DNA of 64,000 nt from Promethearchaeota archaeon (GCA_048941265.1 JBHLNT010000006.1:12933-76932), one strand, 5' to 3'. Positions 50,466 to 61,190 are shown, counted from the first letter of the stretch. Numbers and translations: made by a program. The notes: generated by a model from the sequence alone, not told the origin.

Positions 50466-52205
50466 TTATTTGTAGATCTTCACACCACGCTTTTCTAAAT
50501 CTGTCAAAGAATCCGAAAATTCCTTGAATTTATTTTTTTCTAAATTCAAATATTTAAGTTTTTTAATTAACTTGAGTGTGTAAATTGGTTCTATGTTAGT
50601 CAATTGATTGCTTCTTAGAAATAAATATTTAAGTGATTTTAGCTTTCCAACGGATTTAGGAATATTCTTTATTTTATTATTTCCTAAATATAAGTATTTT
50701 AAAGATGAAAGCTTACCAATAGATTCCGGAATATCTTTAAGTTCATTATAATATAAATATAAGTATTTCAACGATTTTAAAGAACCTATTGAATCAGGAA
50801 TCTCTATTAAAATATTTTTACCTAAATCTAGTACTTCTAATTTAGAAAGTAAACCGATGGATTGAGGTATTGTTTTTAATCTATTAAATCCTAAAATCAA
50901 ATTTTGTATCAATAATATATTTCCAATAGTTTCAGGCAGAGATGTTAATTTGTTATTTGATAAATCCAATTCTTTAAGTGAAGACAATTTACCCAATGAC
51001 TTTGGTAAAATTTTAATATTGTTTTTACTCAAGTCTAATATTTCAAGTGAAGTCAGAAAACCTATTGAATCAGGTAAATTCTCTAACATATTATCATACA
51101 AATCTAATTCTTTTAATGATGTTAAAGACCTAATTGTCTCTGGTAAAGATTGCAATTTATTGCGAGAAATTTTTAAACTTTCCAGTTTTTTTAATTTTCC
51201 AATTGATTCAGGAAGATCAGTCAAAAAATTTCGGTCTAGACGTAAAATCCTTAGATTTGAGAGCTCACCAAATGATTCTGGAAGATTTTTTAATTTATTA
51301 TCACGAATAGTAAGTCTCATGAGTGATTTTAAAGAACTTAATGAAATAGGGAGTTTTTTTAAATTATTAGAGGATATACTTAGATTTTCTAAGGATAAAA
51401 GTGAACCTATATTCTCGGGCAGAGAATTTAAATTGTTTTCTTTTAATCCTAAATATCTAAGATTTTTGAGATTTTCAATAGAATCAGGCAAAAACTCTAA
51501 CGTATTTCCTTTTAAAAATAGGGAATTTAAGGCTCTTAATTCTCCTATTGAATCTGCTAATGATAATAATTTGTTATTTCTCAAATTTAATCTTTTAAGA
51601 GATGAAAATGAACCAATCGATTCGGGCAAAGTTGTTAGATTATTATTTCCTAAATATAAGATTTCTAAAGATGAGAGTGAATTTAATTTCTCATTGAAAG
51701 AACTCAGTTGATTTCCACTTAAATCAAGGGTTTTTAAGTTTTTCAAATTATTTAAGGAATCAGGTAATTCTTTTAAATTATTTTCACTTAAGTCGAGGAA
51801 TTCTAAATTTTTAAAAGAGCCGATTGATTCTGGTAAAATTTCTAAATTATTTGATTCTAAATACAATTCTTTGAGTGAATTGAGACGATTAATTGAATCA
51901 GGCAGGTTTTTTAATTTATTTTCACTTAGATCTAATATTTCAATATTGGAAAGGGTGCAAAACTGATCTGAAATTTTATTTAAACGATTACCTCTTAAAT
52001 AGATTCTTTTAAGATTTTTTAATGATGTTATAAAATCTGGAATAGAGGTTAAACCACATGAAAATAGACCTAATCCAGTTATATGTTCGTTTTTCACCAT
52101 ATAACCGAACACATAATATTCAAGTTCTTTAACTTCTGGTATTGGACCACCAATTTCTCTTTCAAGGTTTTCTAAAACCCTCAGTTCTTCTTTTAGAATT
52201 CCCAT
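50466..52205 (-). CDS. leucine-rich repeat protein (about 22 x 23-aa repeats)
   Basis: Regular LxxLxLxxNxLxxLPxSIGxLxx repeats along nearly the whole length; no signal peptide or TM. Confidence 0.95.
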   Translation of the reverse strand: MGILKEELRVLENLEREIGGPIPEVKELEYYVFGYMVKNEHITGLGLFSCGLTSIPDFITSLKNLKRIYLRGNRLNKISDQFCTLSNIEILDLSENKLKNLPDSINRLNSLKELYLESNNLEILPESIGSFKNLEFLDLSENNLKELPDSLNNLKNLKTLDLSGNQLSSFNEKLNSLSSLEILYLGNNNLTTLPESIGSFSSLKRLNLRNNKLLSLADSIGELRALNSLFLKGNTLEFLPDSIENLKNLRYLGLKENNLNSLPENIGSLLSLENLSISSNNLKKLPISLSSLKSLMRLTIRDNKLKNLPESFGELSNLRILRLDRNFLTDLPESIGKLKKLESLKISRNKLQSLPETIRSLTSLKELDLYDNMLENLPDSIGFLTSLEILDLSKNNIKILPKSLGKLSSLKELDLSNNKLTSLPETIGNILLIQNLILGFNRLKTIPQSIGLLSKLEVLDLGKNILIEIPDSIGSLKSLKYLYLYYNELKDIPESIGKLSSLKYLYLGNNKIKNIPKSVGKLKSLKYLFLRSNQLTNIEPIYTLKLIKKLKYLNLEKNKFKEFSDSLTDLEKRGVKIYK

Positions 52206-52369
52206 CAGATCAATTTCGATGTATTATATTATTTACCAAATAATTTCATAACACTATTAAAAAATAATAAAATAGGGTAATATTTATTTTTAACATAAAA
52301 AAACGCAGAAATTGAAATAAAATTCTATATTATGAAATTAAAAAAAAAGGAAGAGAAAAAGAATTAATA

Positions 52370-53569
52370 TTAAAAGTCAATATCTTTCCCTTCATAAGCG
52401 TAAGTAAAAATTTTATTATAGGCCTCTGCATTTGGAGACCTTGGACTCATCACACTGCTAGAGCTTTGAAAACAGAGATTCACTAACATCTTCAAATTAT
52501 TATCAAAATCTTCTCGAGAAATTCCTAATTCTTTAAGACTAAATGGGAAATCAACTTCTTTCATTAAATTTTTAAGTTTATCGATAATGATATATGCTGC
52601 TTTACGATTATCATCAGACCAGTCCGCCCATCCTAATTTTTTTGCACTTCTGCCTAAAATTTCAGTGGATACATCATTTTCATCTGGATTATTAAGACAA
52701 TATTGTGTTACATACGGAAGAAACAGACCAACAGCCCTTCCATGAGGAGTATGAAAAACCGCGCCCCAACTATGACCCATGGAATGACCCAAATGAGCTT
52801 GTCCATTACCAAATCCTAATCCTGCGATAGTTGCAGCTTGATGTAAGAAATCTCTCGCCTCCATATTATTACCATCTTTATAAGCAACAGGTAAATATTT
52901 AAATACGAGTTCGATGGCTTTTATACATAAAGCATCGCTAAATTCATTTCTCCAAACAGAAACTAGCCCTTCAACAGAATGGGCAAGTGTATCGAATGCG
53001 GTATCTCGAGTTAATTCGGGAGGCATTCCTGATGGAAAAATTGGATCCACAATCGCATATGTAGGGATTAATCCTTTATGTGCTTGTTCTAACTTTTTCC
53101 ACACATCCTCTTCATATCTAGAAATAACTACTGCCCAAGTTGTTTCTGCACCCGTCCCTGACGTTGTTGGTATAGCAACCATCTTTGCTTTCTTCCCTAA
53201 ATTATACAATTCCATGTTAAAAGGATGTAAATCATCGACACCAAATTCAGGATATTCATATAATGCCCAACCTGCTTTAGCTGTATCCATTACTGAACCA
53301 CCTCCCAATGCAATTATTATCTCTGGTCCATAAGAGATTAAAAGTTCTTTAGCCTTAAGAACACCTTCTTCAGTTGGATCAGGTCTTACATCTGTAAAGA
53401 CTTGATAAGATTTTCCATAACTTTCTAATTTATCAGTAAGGATTTTTAAATAGCCAAGCTCTTCCAAAACTTTGTCAGTAATAATAAAACATTTCTGCCC
53501 GGTTATATTTTGCAAAAAATCAATTGCATCTTCTCCATAGATTATACCAGGGCTAAAAAAATACCACAT
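52370..53569 (-). CDS. iron-containing alcohol dehydrogenase
   Basis: ALGGGSVMDTAK, IPTTSGTGAE, DTLAHSVEG, GHSMGH, HGRA. Confidence 0.93.
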   Translation of the reverse strand: MWYFFSPGIIYGEDAIDFLQNITGQKCFIITDKVLEELGYLKILTDKLESYGKSYQVFTDVRPDPTEEGVLKAKELLISYGPEIIIALGGGSVMDTAKAGWALYEYPEFGVDDLHPFNMELYNLGKKAKMVAIPTTSGTGAETTWAVVISRYEEDVWKKLEQAHKGLIPTYAIVDPIFPSGMPPELTRDTAFDTLAHSVEGLVSVWRNEFSDALCIKAIELVFKYLPVAYKDGNNMEARDFLHQAATIAGLGFGNGQAHLGHSMGHSWGAVFHTPHGRAVGLFLPYVTQYCLNNPDENDVSTEILGRSAKKLGWADWSDDNRKAAYIIIDKLKNLMKEVDFPFSLKELGISREDFDNNLKMLVNLCFQSSSSVMSPRSPNAEAYNKIFTYAYEGKDIDF

Positions 53570-53728
53570 ATATGGTTTTCACCTAAGTTTTTTTTAAGGA
53601 TTTATTTTTTAAATATTTTAAATTTAAACTTTAAAGCTTACATTCTAAATTACATTGATTTATAATTAAAATTTTCGGTAACATATTTCATGGTAATCTT
53701 TAAATAAATTTAATTCGAGGAATGATTT

Positions 53729-54154
53729 ATGAAAAAGTCTGAAAAAGAGAATTTGTATTTAACATTCAAAGGAGCCATTGCAAGTATAATCGAAGATAAA
53801 TTAAGAAATCCCAAAAATGTGAAACTAATTAATAAATTTAAAGTAAGATTTAATTTAGGATTACAAATCGAAAAAGATTATTATTTCTGGTTAAATATAA
53901 TTGCTGAAGATGGAAATTATAAGTTAGAAAAGTGAAAATTAGAAGAACATGATTTAGGTGTATTAGTAGAACCTGTAGATTTATTATATTGGCTTAATCG
54001 ACAAAATTCAACAATTCATATGGTAACTTAAAAAAACAAGTTTGGATATAAAAAATTTCGGTTTGAAAAGAGTAGTAATGGAAAGCGTAATGTAGGACTT
54101 CTATTAAAACTCCCGAAAGTTCTTGTTTTGGACAAGATTAAAACAACAAAATAA
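53729..54154 (+). pseudogene. SCP2-like protein gene with two premature stops
   Basis: Frame continues past TGA at 53933 (YKLEK*KLEEHDL) and TAA at 54029 (MVT*KNKFG) to TAA at 54152 with protein-like sequence. Confidence 0.65.
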
Positions 54155-54202
54155 ATTTTAATTATTTAGCTAAATTAAAACAAAAGGAGATTAAATCCAG
54201 AA

Positions 54203-55333
54203 TTATTTCTCAAGTTTTTTTAATCTTAATTCTGAAATAATATCTGTTAAAACTTCTAGCATACCTTCAAGATCTTTGACCGTTATTTCACCCATATGAC
54301 CAATTCTAAAAGTTTTATTTATTAAATTTCCATATCCATTCACGATGCGATAACTTTTCATTAACATTAGTTCAATCATTTCAGAATAATCAATATTAAA
54401 CGTATTTTTTATTGTAGAAACCGTATCTGACTCATAACCCTTTTTCGAAAACATTTCTAAGTTTGCATCGCGTGCCCAAATTCTAGTTCGTATTCCTAGT
54501 TGTTTATGTCTCTGAAATCTTTTTTCTAATCCTTCTTCATTTAAAATATAATCCAATTGAGCCACCAAAGCCCTAATTTGTGGAATAGGGGGAGTGTTTG
54601 GAGTTTGATGTGATTTATTTTTCTTTACTAAACCAATAAAATCAAGATAAATTCCTCTATTTTTAACTTCAGATGATTTTTTAATAGCATCATCTGATAT
54701 TGAACAGACAGCTAAACCAGGGGGTAAAGCGAAGCATTTTTGAACTGACGCTAAACACACATCTATACCTAATCTGTCAACCTCTAATTTAACACCAGCC
54801 ATTGATGAAGTTGCATCAATGCACACTAAAGCTCCCGAATCTTTAATAATTGGAACGATCTCATCAATTGGATTATAAACTCCCGTTGAAGTCTCATTTG
54901 ATTGGAGGCAAACAACGGAGTATTTTTCCTTAGAAAGTACTTCTTCTGCAAATTCAGGCGTTATTGCGTCCCCCCATTCTACTACTTCTTTTACTACATC
55001 TTTTCCATTAGTTAAAGCAGTTTCATACCATCGATCACCAAAAGCTCCTATTGATAAGACTAATGCTTTCTCATCTTGCTTAATAAGATTTCTCATACAA
55101 GCCTCCATAATTCCAGTGGCTGATGTTGAAAAAATTAAGCATTCATTTTTTGTGTATAAGACCTTTTTAAGACCCTCTATCGCAAATTGATGCATCTCTG
55201 AATAGGGCGTAGATCGATGAGTATCATTTGGTTTTGCTAACTCTTTCAATATTCTTTCCGGGACATACACAGGTCCGGGAGTAAACAACTTGAGTTTTGA
55301 GCCTTCTTTCTTGTCAAAATGAACATCGAACAT
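54203..55333 (-). CDS. class V PLP aminotransferase (serine-pyruvate/aspartate aminotransferase-like)
   Basis: LFTPGP, HRS, SATGIME, NETSTGV, DATSS, SVQKCFALPPGL, TPNTP, FRIGHMG. Confidence 0.92.
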   Translation of the reverse strand: MFDVHFDKKEGSKLKLFTPGPVYVPERILKELAKPNDTHRSTPYSEMHQFAIEGLKKVLYTKNECLIFSTSATGIMEACMRNLIKQDEKALVLSIGAFGDRWYETALTNGKDVVKEVVEWGDAITPEFAEEVLSKEKYSVVCLQSNETSTGVYNPIDEIVPIIKDSGALVCIDATSSMAGVKLEVDRLGIDVCLASVQKCFALPPGLAVCSISDDAIKKSSEVKNRGIYLDFIGLVKKNKSHQTPNTPPIPQIRALVAQLDYILNEEGLEKRFQRHKQLGIRTRIWARDANLEMFSKKGYESDTVSTIKNTFNIDYSEMIELMLMKSYRIVNGYGNLINKTFRIGHMGEITVKDLEGMLEVLTDIISELRLKKLEK

Positions 55334-55478
55334 AATATCTCAGAACCTTAAAAGTATTAAAAATTTAAAAGCAACAAATAATAAATAGTTTTTCGATATC
55401 CCATGATTATTTAATATTAAGAAAATTGAAATAAATCAAGAAATTTTCCCTAGTCTATTTCTTTTTTAAAATTAGGAT

Positions 55479-55856
55479 CTATTTAAAATAAACATCTCCA
55501 ACACCCTCAAATAATTTAGAGATTGTATCCAATACTAAAGGTGAAGTTTCATGATGGAGTGCCCATTTCAAAGGTTTTACACCCTTTTTTGGGAACGATA
55601 ATGCGATAATTTTAGCTGCTGTAACACGTACAAATTCATTATCATCTGAAATTAAACAATTTTCAATTAATTTAAAAATTTTATTATTAGTAATATTTAG
55701 TTTCTTAATAAATTCCAAACTTTTAATTCTAATTTTAGCATCAGAGCTCTCTTCCACTAATGAAATTAATTGCGCTAAAGCTTCATTTTTATTAATATTT
55801 TCATTAATTAGATTAGAATAGATCTTCTCAGGTTCTATTATTGGAACACTGCCCAT
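55479..55856 (-). CDS. HEAT-repeat protein (short, possibly truncated)
   Basis: 'LIENCLISDDNEFVRVTAAKII', 'LKWALHHE' HEAT/PBS-like motifs. Confidence 0.65.
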   Translation of the reverse strand: MGSVPIIEPEKIYSNLINENINKNEALAQLISLVEESSDAKIRIKSLEFIKKLNITNNKIFKLIENCLISDDNEFVRVTAAKIIALSFPKKGVKPLKWALHHETSPLVLDTISKLFEGVGDVYFK

Positions 55857-55883
55857 TATTCTCTCTTTTTTTGTAATATTGAT

Positions 55884-56516
55884 TTAATATCTATAATGAA
55901 TAGTGTTTTTTTCAAATATAAAATATGATGTTAATTCATCGAAGTTATTAGATCTTTTTTCTAATTGGAATAAAGTGACGTCAATATTCTTATTTTCCTC
56001 ATTAATCTGAATAGTGATAAATGAGGGAATACCACTAGCGATAAAGGACCATGCTCCAGTAACACTTCCAGGATTTATTAATAAAATTCCATTTTTAGTA
56101 AGAAATACTTCCTCTTTATGGGTATGTCCAGAAATTAAGATATTGAAATTTTTTTCATTTGTTGCTATATATTCTAATTGCGAATGATCACCTCTTGGCT
56201 CAATTTGATGACCATGTGTAAGTCCTATCGATAAAATCTCATTGTCTTTAAGACTTATATTTAAGTTTTGATAAAGTGGTGCATTCCTATTTCCACCATA
56301 ATAATCCATATTTCCAATAACAATAAAGACCTTATTTTTTGTTTTTAATTTTAAAAAATCGATAAAATCAAAAGCAGTTATTAAATCCCCAGTAAAAAAC
56401 GTGTAGTCGAAGACTCTATTATTAGTTAATTCATTCAATTTTTTTATAATTTCATTGGGCACGCTTTTTGCTCTTCTTGGAATATGAGCATCTCCAATTA
56501 TTAAACATCTAACCAT
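55884..56516 (-). CDS. Vps29-like phosphoesterase-fold protein
   Basis: IGDAHIPRRA, TGDL, GNMD, IGLTHGHQIEPRGD, ILISGHTHK, INPGSVTGAW, PSF match the eukaryotic Vps29 pattern. Confidence 0.85.
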   Translation of the reverse strand: MVRCLIIGDAHIPRRAKSVPNEIIKKLNELTNNRVFDYTFFTGDLITAFDFIDFLKLKTKNKVFIVIGNMDYYGGNRNAPLYQNLNISLKDNEILSIGLTHGHQIEPRGDHSQLEYIATNEKNFNILISGHTHKEEVFLTKNGILLINPGSVTGAWSFIASGIPSFITIQINEENKNIDVTLFQLEKRSNNFDELTSYFIFEKNTIHYRY

Positions 56517-56533
56517 AATAAAATTAAGTATTT

Positions 56534-57637
56534 TTACTTTGATTTCATTTTTTTATATTGCTTTTGAACAAATAATGCCAATTCCTTAGCTGTTTTATTC
56601 TTTTCAAAATGTTCTCTTATGGGTTCAAGGAATTGATTTAAACACTTTATAACCGCGGGTTTTAAATCTGGAGGATTCAATTTACCAGCGGCATAGTCTC
56701 TTTCAAGATCTTCGTAAGAGGAATATTCTACATTTCCGCCATATTTTTCAGGTCTTTCAACAGAAAATTTATCGATTCGTTCAAATATGATGTATTTACA
56801 ATATTCTAATATTGGATTTTCCTCAATTTGTCTCGGTGGACAATAAGCTTTAGTTATTTTGCGTTTTATATCTGCAAAAGAGTCTAACATAAATACGGCA
56901 GTATCTGGGTCTGATTTAGACATTTTAAGTTGAATTGACCTTTCTATCCCGTTTAAATCGCTATCAGGCGGTTTTGTTAAGCCCATTAACATATGATGAT
57001 GAACTGCTACCGGTTTTGGTCTATTTATCTTTTTAGCAATTTCTCTTGCCAACATGTTTACCTTTCTTTGATCTAATCCTAATTGACAAATATCCGCAGG
57101 TAAATAAAAAATATCGGCTGCCTGCATCAATGGATACAAAATTTGAGAAGCTGATAACTTATCAGATTCACTTCTTCCCATAATCTGAGTACAACGCTTC
57201 ACTCTTTTTAAAGAGCTATTTATTGCTATATTTAAAACAAGTTCCCAATAAGAAGGGTCTCTTACAATATCAGAAGCATAGATAAATTCAACATTATCTA
57301 AATCCATTCCGCAGACTTTCCAAACTTCGATAAAGAAATCTCCAACCTTTTTAATAATGTTTAAATCTCCACCAAATTTATGATTAGCTGCAGCATGCCA
57401 GTCAGCAACGAGAAATTTGAAAGTAATTCCTGCCTTAGTTAATTTATTTACGTTTGTTGCTCGTAAAAGTCCTTGAGCTATATGAATATTACCAGAAGGT
57501 TCAAATCCATCATAAGCATAAATTTTTTGTTTATGTTCTAGTTTCCAAAGTATCATATCTCGTAATTCATCTACATCTATGATTTCTTCGCCAACTTGTT
57601 TTATTAAATCAATTTTTTCATCTATAGATAATGTCAT
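56534..57637 (-). CDS. tyrS: tyrosine--tRNA ligase (archaeal/eukaryotic type)
   Basis: YDGFEPSG, HIAQ, ADWHA, YPLMQAAD, GLDQRK, KMSKS, KAYCP. Confidence 0.95.
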   Translation of the reverse strand: MTLSIDEKIDLIKQVGEEIIDVDELRDMILWKLEHKQKIYAYDGFEPSGNIHIAQGLLRATNVNKLTKAGITFKFLVADWHAAANHKFGGDLNIIKKVGDFFIEVWKVCGMDLDNVEFIYASDIVRDPSYWELVLNIAINSSLKRVKRCTQIMGRSESDKLSASQILYPLMQAADIFYLPADICQLGLDQRKVNMLAREIAKKINRPKPVAVHHHMLMGLTKPPDSDLNGIERSIQLKMSKSDPDTAVFMLDSFADIKRKITKAYCPPRQIEENPILEYCKYIIFERIDKFSVERPEKYGGNVEYSSYEDLERDYAAGKLNPPDLKPAVIKCLNQFLEPIREHFEKNKTAKELALFVQKQYKKMKSK

Positions 57638-57788
57638 CTAAGCATTCACTCTATTAATTTTAAATAAGTAAATATACTAATTGATAAAATCTTTATGGAT
57701 TTTAAAGACTCTGAATTAGTATTAAGCTTAAAATATGAGTTTGTAATTTTTAAAATTCATATGGGATTTTTTTAGAGGTTTAAGTAGT

Positions 57789-60485
57789 TTATTCAGTATT
57801 GTTTTCCATAATTGCTGCTTGAGCCGCTGCCAATCTGGCAATGGGAATTCTGAATGGAGAACATGACACATAATCTAATCCAATAGAATGAGCAAATCCA
57901 ATAGATTTTGGTTCTCCTCCATGTTCTCCACAAATACCACATTTCAAATCAGATCGAGTTTTTCTACCTAATTCTATGCCCATTTTCATAAGTGTCCCAA
58001 CGCCTTTTTGATCTATTGTTTCAAAGGGATTTTCAACTAATATCTCTTTATTTAAATAGATAGGTAAAAATTTACTTTCAGCATCATCTCTTGAAAAGCC
58101 AAACGTCATTTGAGTTAAATCATTTGTTCCAAATGAAAAAAATTCTGCTTCTTCAGCAATTTCATCCGCAGTAAGTGCTGCCCGAGGTATTTCTATCATA
58201 GTGCCAAATTTATAGTTAAGTTCTACTCCATATCTCTCAATAATTTCTTTTGCAATTTTAACTAAATCCTTTTTGATAAATTTTAATTCTGAAATCATCC
58301 CCACTAAAGGAATCATAACCTCAGGAATTACATCAATACCTTCTCTTTTTAGTTGACAAGCAGCTTCGAATATTGCTTTAACTTGCATTTCAATAATTTC
58401 TGGCCACACTATTCCTAAACGACATCCTCTTAAACCCATCATAGGATTTTCTTCAGATAAAGATCTAATCAAACTAATTACTTTATTTTTAGTAGCAATT
58501 TCTTTATCCAAAGGATTTATATTTAATAGAGATTTTGATAATTCATTTGTCATTTTTAATTCTTGATACTCTAACAAAACAATAGATAGCTCAGGTAAAA
58601 ATTCATGAAGAGGCGGATCTAATAATCGGATTGTAACTGGTTTTCCTTCCATAATTTTAAAGATCTCATAAAAATCACCTTGTTGCATTGGCAAAATTTT
58701 ATTTAAATACTCTTGACGATCTTCTTTCGTTCTTGACATTATCATGGATTGCACAACAGGTAATCTTTCTTGGGCCATAAACATATGTTCAGTTCTGCAG
58801 AGTCCGATCCCCTCTGCACCAAATTCTAGTGCTTTTTGAGCATCTACTGGAGTGTCGGCATTAGCTCGCACTCCCAATTTCCTTACTTCATCGGCCATTT
58901 TTAATAATTCTAAAAATTCACCTTTAATTTCTGGCTCAATGAGAGGGACTTTTCCCTCAATAACTCTTCCTGTTGATCCATCTATTGTAATATAACTACC
59001 CTCTTTGATAATTGTATCCGCAACTGTAAACTCTCTTTTTTCTTCATCAATTTCGATATCCTGTGCTCCCACAACAGCTGGTTTTCCCATACCTCTTGCA
59101 ACTACCGCAGCATGAGAGGTTTTCCCTCCAAATTGAGTTAATACTCCACTTGCAGCGTAAAGTCCATGAACATCATCAGGTTTTGTTTGAGGACGAACTA
59201 ATATTATTTCTTTTTGACCCTCATTTGCTAATTTCTCAGCTGAATCCGCATCAAATATTGCAATTCCAGATACTGCTCCAGGTGATGCGCTAATTCCTTT
59301 CGCTAAAACACGTATAACTCCTTTCTCATCTATACTTTTAAACATTAATTTAGAGATTTTTTTGGGATCGTTTCTCATTATGGCCTCTTCTTTAGAAATT
59401 AACCCCTCATGGTACATATCAACAGCAATTTTAACTCCGGCAGAGGGTGTTCTTTTACCATTTCTTGTCTGAAGTATAAATAATTTCCCGTTTTCAATTG
59501 TAAATTCAATATCTTGCATATCTCTATAGTGATTTTCTAATTTTTCCATGGTATTTATTAATTCGTCATGAATTTCAGGGAATTCATTTTTCATTTCTTC
59601 TATTATTTTTGGAGTTCTTATCCCAGCTACAACATCTTCTCCTTGAGCATTTATTAAATATTCTCCAAATCTTATTCGTTCTCCTGTGGATGGATCTCTT
59701 GAGAATGCTACTCCTGTTGCTGAATTCCATCCTTTATTTCCGAATACCATTGCCTGAATATTTACAGCTGTACCAAAATTAGGAATAGCGTTTATTTTTC
59801 GATATGTTATAGCTCTCTTGTTGTTCCATGATTTAAAAACTGCTTCAATTGCTAAAAATAGCTGATCAAAGGGATCCTGTGGGAAAGGTTCTCCAATTTC
59901 CTTTTCATATAGGACCTTATAATCTGTGATTATCTTTTGAAGATCATTTACTTGTAGATCTGTATCTTGAGCATTTCTACCTATCAATCTTTTATATTTA
60001 TTTAAAAATCTTTCGAAATTTTCATCCCCAATACCCATTACAACGTCGCCGAACATTTGAATAAATCTGCGATAAGAATCATAAGCGAATCGAGGGTTAT
60101 CGGTTAGTGTAGCTAAACCTATGACACTCTGGTCATTTAATCCCAAATTCAGAACAGTATCCATCATTCCGGGCATAGATATAGGGGCACCAGATCTGAC
60201 ACTTATTAATAAAGGATTTTTTTCATCTCCAAACTTCTTACCCGTTATTGCTTCTAATGCCTTGAGCTTCTCTAGTACTTTTGGTCTAATTTTTTGCATT
60301 ACCTTTTCTGGATTTTCAAAATAATCTAAACAGGCTTCGGTAGTGATTGTAAATCCTTGTGGAATGTTTAATCCTAAATTGGTCATCTCTGCAAGATTAG
60401 CTCCTTTACCACCCAAGATATTCTTTAGATCCTTATTCCCCTCTTTAAACTCATAAACTAATTTATGATCGCTATCAATTGTCAT
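57789..60485 (-). CDS. ppdK: pyruvate, phosphate dikinase
   Basis: LGGKGANLAEM, SVRSGA..SMPGMMDTVLNLG, QGEDVVAG, GGKTSHAAVVARG, GIGLCRTEHMF, SFGTNDLTQ, CGEHGG. Confidence 0.97.
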   Translation of the reverse strand: MTIDSDHKLVYEFKEGNKDLKNILGGKGANLAEMTNLGLNIPQGFTITTEACLDYFENPEKVMQKIRPKVLEKLKALEAITGKKFGDEKNPLLISVRSGAPISMPGMMDTVLNLGLNDQSVIGLATLTDNPRFAYDSYRRFIQMFGDVVMGIGDENFERFLNKYKRLIGRNAQDTDLQVNDLQKIITDYKVLYEKEIGEPFPQDPFDQLFLAIEAVFKSWNNKRAITYRKINAIPNFGTAVNIQAMVFGNKGWNSATGVAFSRDPSTGERIRFGEYLINAQGEDVVAGIRTPKIIEEMKNEFPEIHDELINTMEKLENHYRDMQDIEFTIENGKLFILQTRNGKRTPSAGVKIAVDMYHEGLISKEEAIMRNDPKKISKLMFKSIDEKGVIRVLAKGISASPGAVSGIAIFDADSAEKLANEGQKEIILVRPQTKPDDVHGLYAASGVLTQFGGKTSHAAVVARGMGKPAVVGAQDIEIDEEKREFTVADTIIKEGSYITIDGSTGRVIEGKVPLIEPEIKGEFLELLKMADEVRKLGVRANADTPVDAQKALEFGAEGIGLCRTEHMFMAQERLPVVQSMIMSRTKEDRQEYLNKILPMQQGDFYEIFKIMEGKPVTIRLLDPPLHEFLPELSIVLLEYQELKMTNELSKSLLNINPLDKEIATKNKVISLIRSLSEENPMMGLRGCRLGIVWPEIIEMQVKAIFEAACQLKREGIDVIPEVMIPLVGMISELKFIKKDLVKIAKEIIERYGVELNYKFGTMIEIPRAALTADEIAEEAEFFSFGTNDLTQMTFGFSRDDAESKFLPIYLNKEILVENPFETIDQKGVGTLMKMGIELGRKTRSDLKCGICGEHGGEPKSIGFAHSIGLDYVSCSPFRIPIARLAAAQAAIMENNTE

Positions 60486-60731
60486 ACTACTCTAAAAACT
60501 CCATCATCTTCAATTTCTTATTAAAATAAAAACAAAACCGTTAATTTTTATATTTTACGCATATGAGATATATATTTCATTATTCTTTTACTTTTTGTTA
60601 TAAACAAATTTCAAATTAACTTAAAATTATATAATATTACTTAAACTCAATAATAAGAAGTCTTGAATTTAAATTCCTTGAAAAGAAAAAAATTGATAGA
60701 ATAATATTTAAAAAAAAGAGTAATCATTAAA

Positions 60732-61190
60732 TTAATAAAACTCTGTTTCCACTTTGGTCGTACTATTAACTAATTCTTGAGCCGCTTTGGTGGCTCTCAT
60801 TACCTTAGCCATATTTCCAACTAATTTGAATTTACCTGCCATTAAACCTTGAATTGGATCAAGTTCTTTTTTAAGTACTTTTACCCAGTTATCATAAGTT
60901 CCAGAGAAAACGAATTCAGCACCTACTTTTTCTCCCTCTTTTAAGGGTCTAGGAGGTGAGTTTGGAGTTAAAATATCAAACTCCTCTCCCGGAGCTAAGG
61001 TTTTAGTGCCAGTGCAATCACCTTTTAATAGACCTACAAACATTTTTATTTCATGATCCAAATTCCCACTCGGTTCAATCACGAATATAAAATCTCCTTC
61101 CCACCAGGAAGCAGCCTCTCGATAATTTTGATTGGCATTTACTTCTTTGCAAAAAGCTTTAGCCCATTCGTCGGATGCAAATTTTGGCAT
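60732..61190 (-). CDS. SCP2 sterol/lipid-binding domain protein
   Basis: F.SDEW...VNAN..Y...A..WEGD and LDPIQGLMAGKFKLVGNMAKVMR. Confidence 0.88.
   Translation of the reverse strand: MPKFASDEWAKAFCKEVNANQNYREAASWWEGDFIFVIEPSGNLDHEIKMFVGLLKGDCTGTKTLAPGEEFDILTPNSPPRPLKEGEKVGAEFVFSGTYDNWVKVLKKELDPIQGLMAGKFKLVGNMAKVMRATKAAQELVNSTTKVETEFY

Noticed and set aside
50950-51711. 253-aa plus-strand ORF with periodic sequence
   Set aside because: Antisense shadow of the LRR gene's repeats.
53729-54154. In-frame TGA at 53933 as another selenocysteine codon
   Set aside because: A second in-frame stop (TAA 54029) follows, the context (EK*KLEE) suggests GGA-to-TGA mutation, and there is no AUGA/GA hairpin in the 3' UTR; better explained as a pseudogene.
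680-60324. Many other short ORFs overlapping long genes (e.g. 680, 4968, 7251, 17970, 18705, 22073, 25138, 31688, 31843, 38165, 52914, 59063)
   Set aside because: They are antisense or off-frame shadows of well-supported genes and carry no independent motifs.
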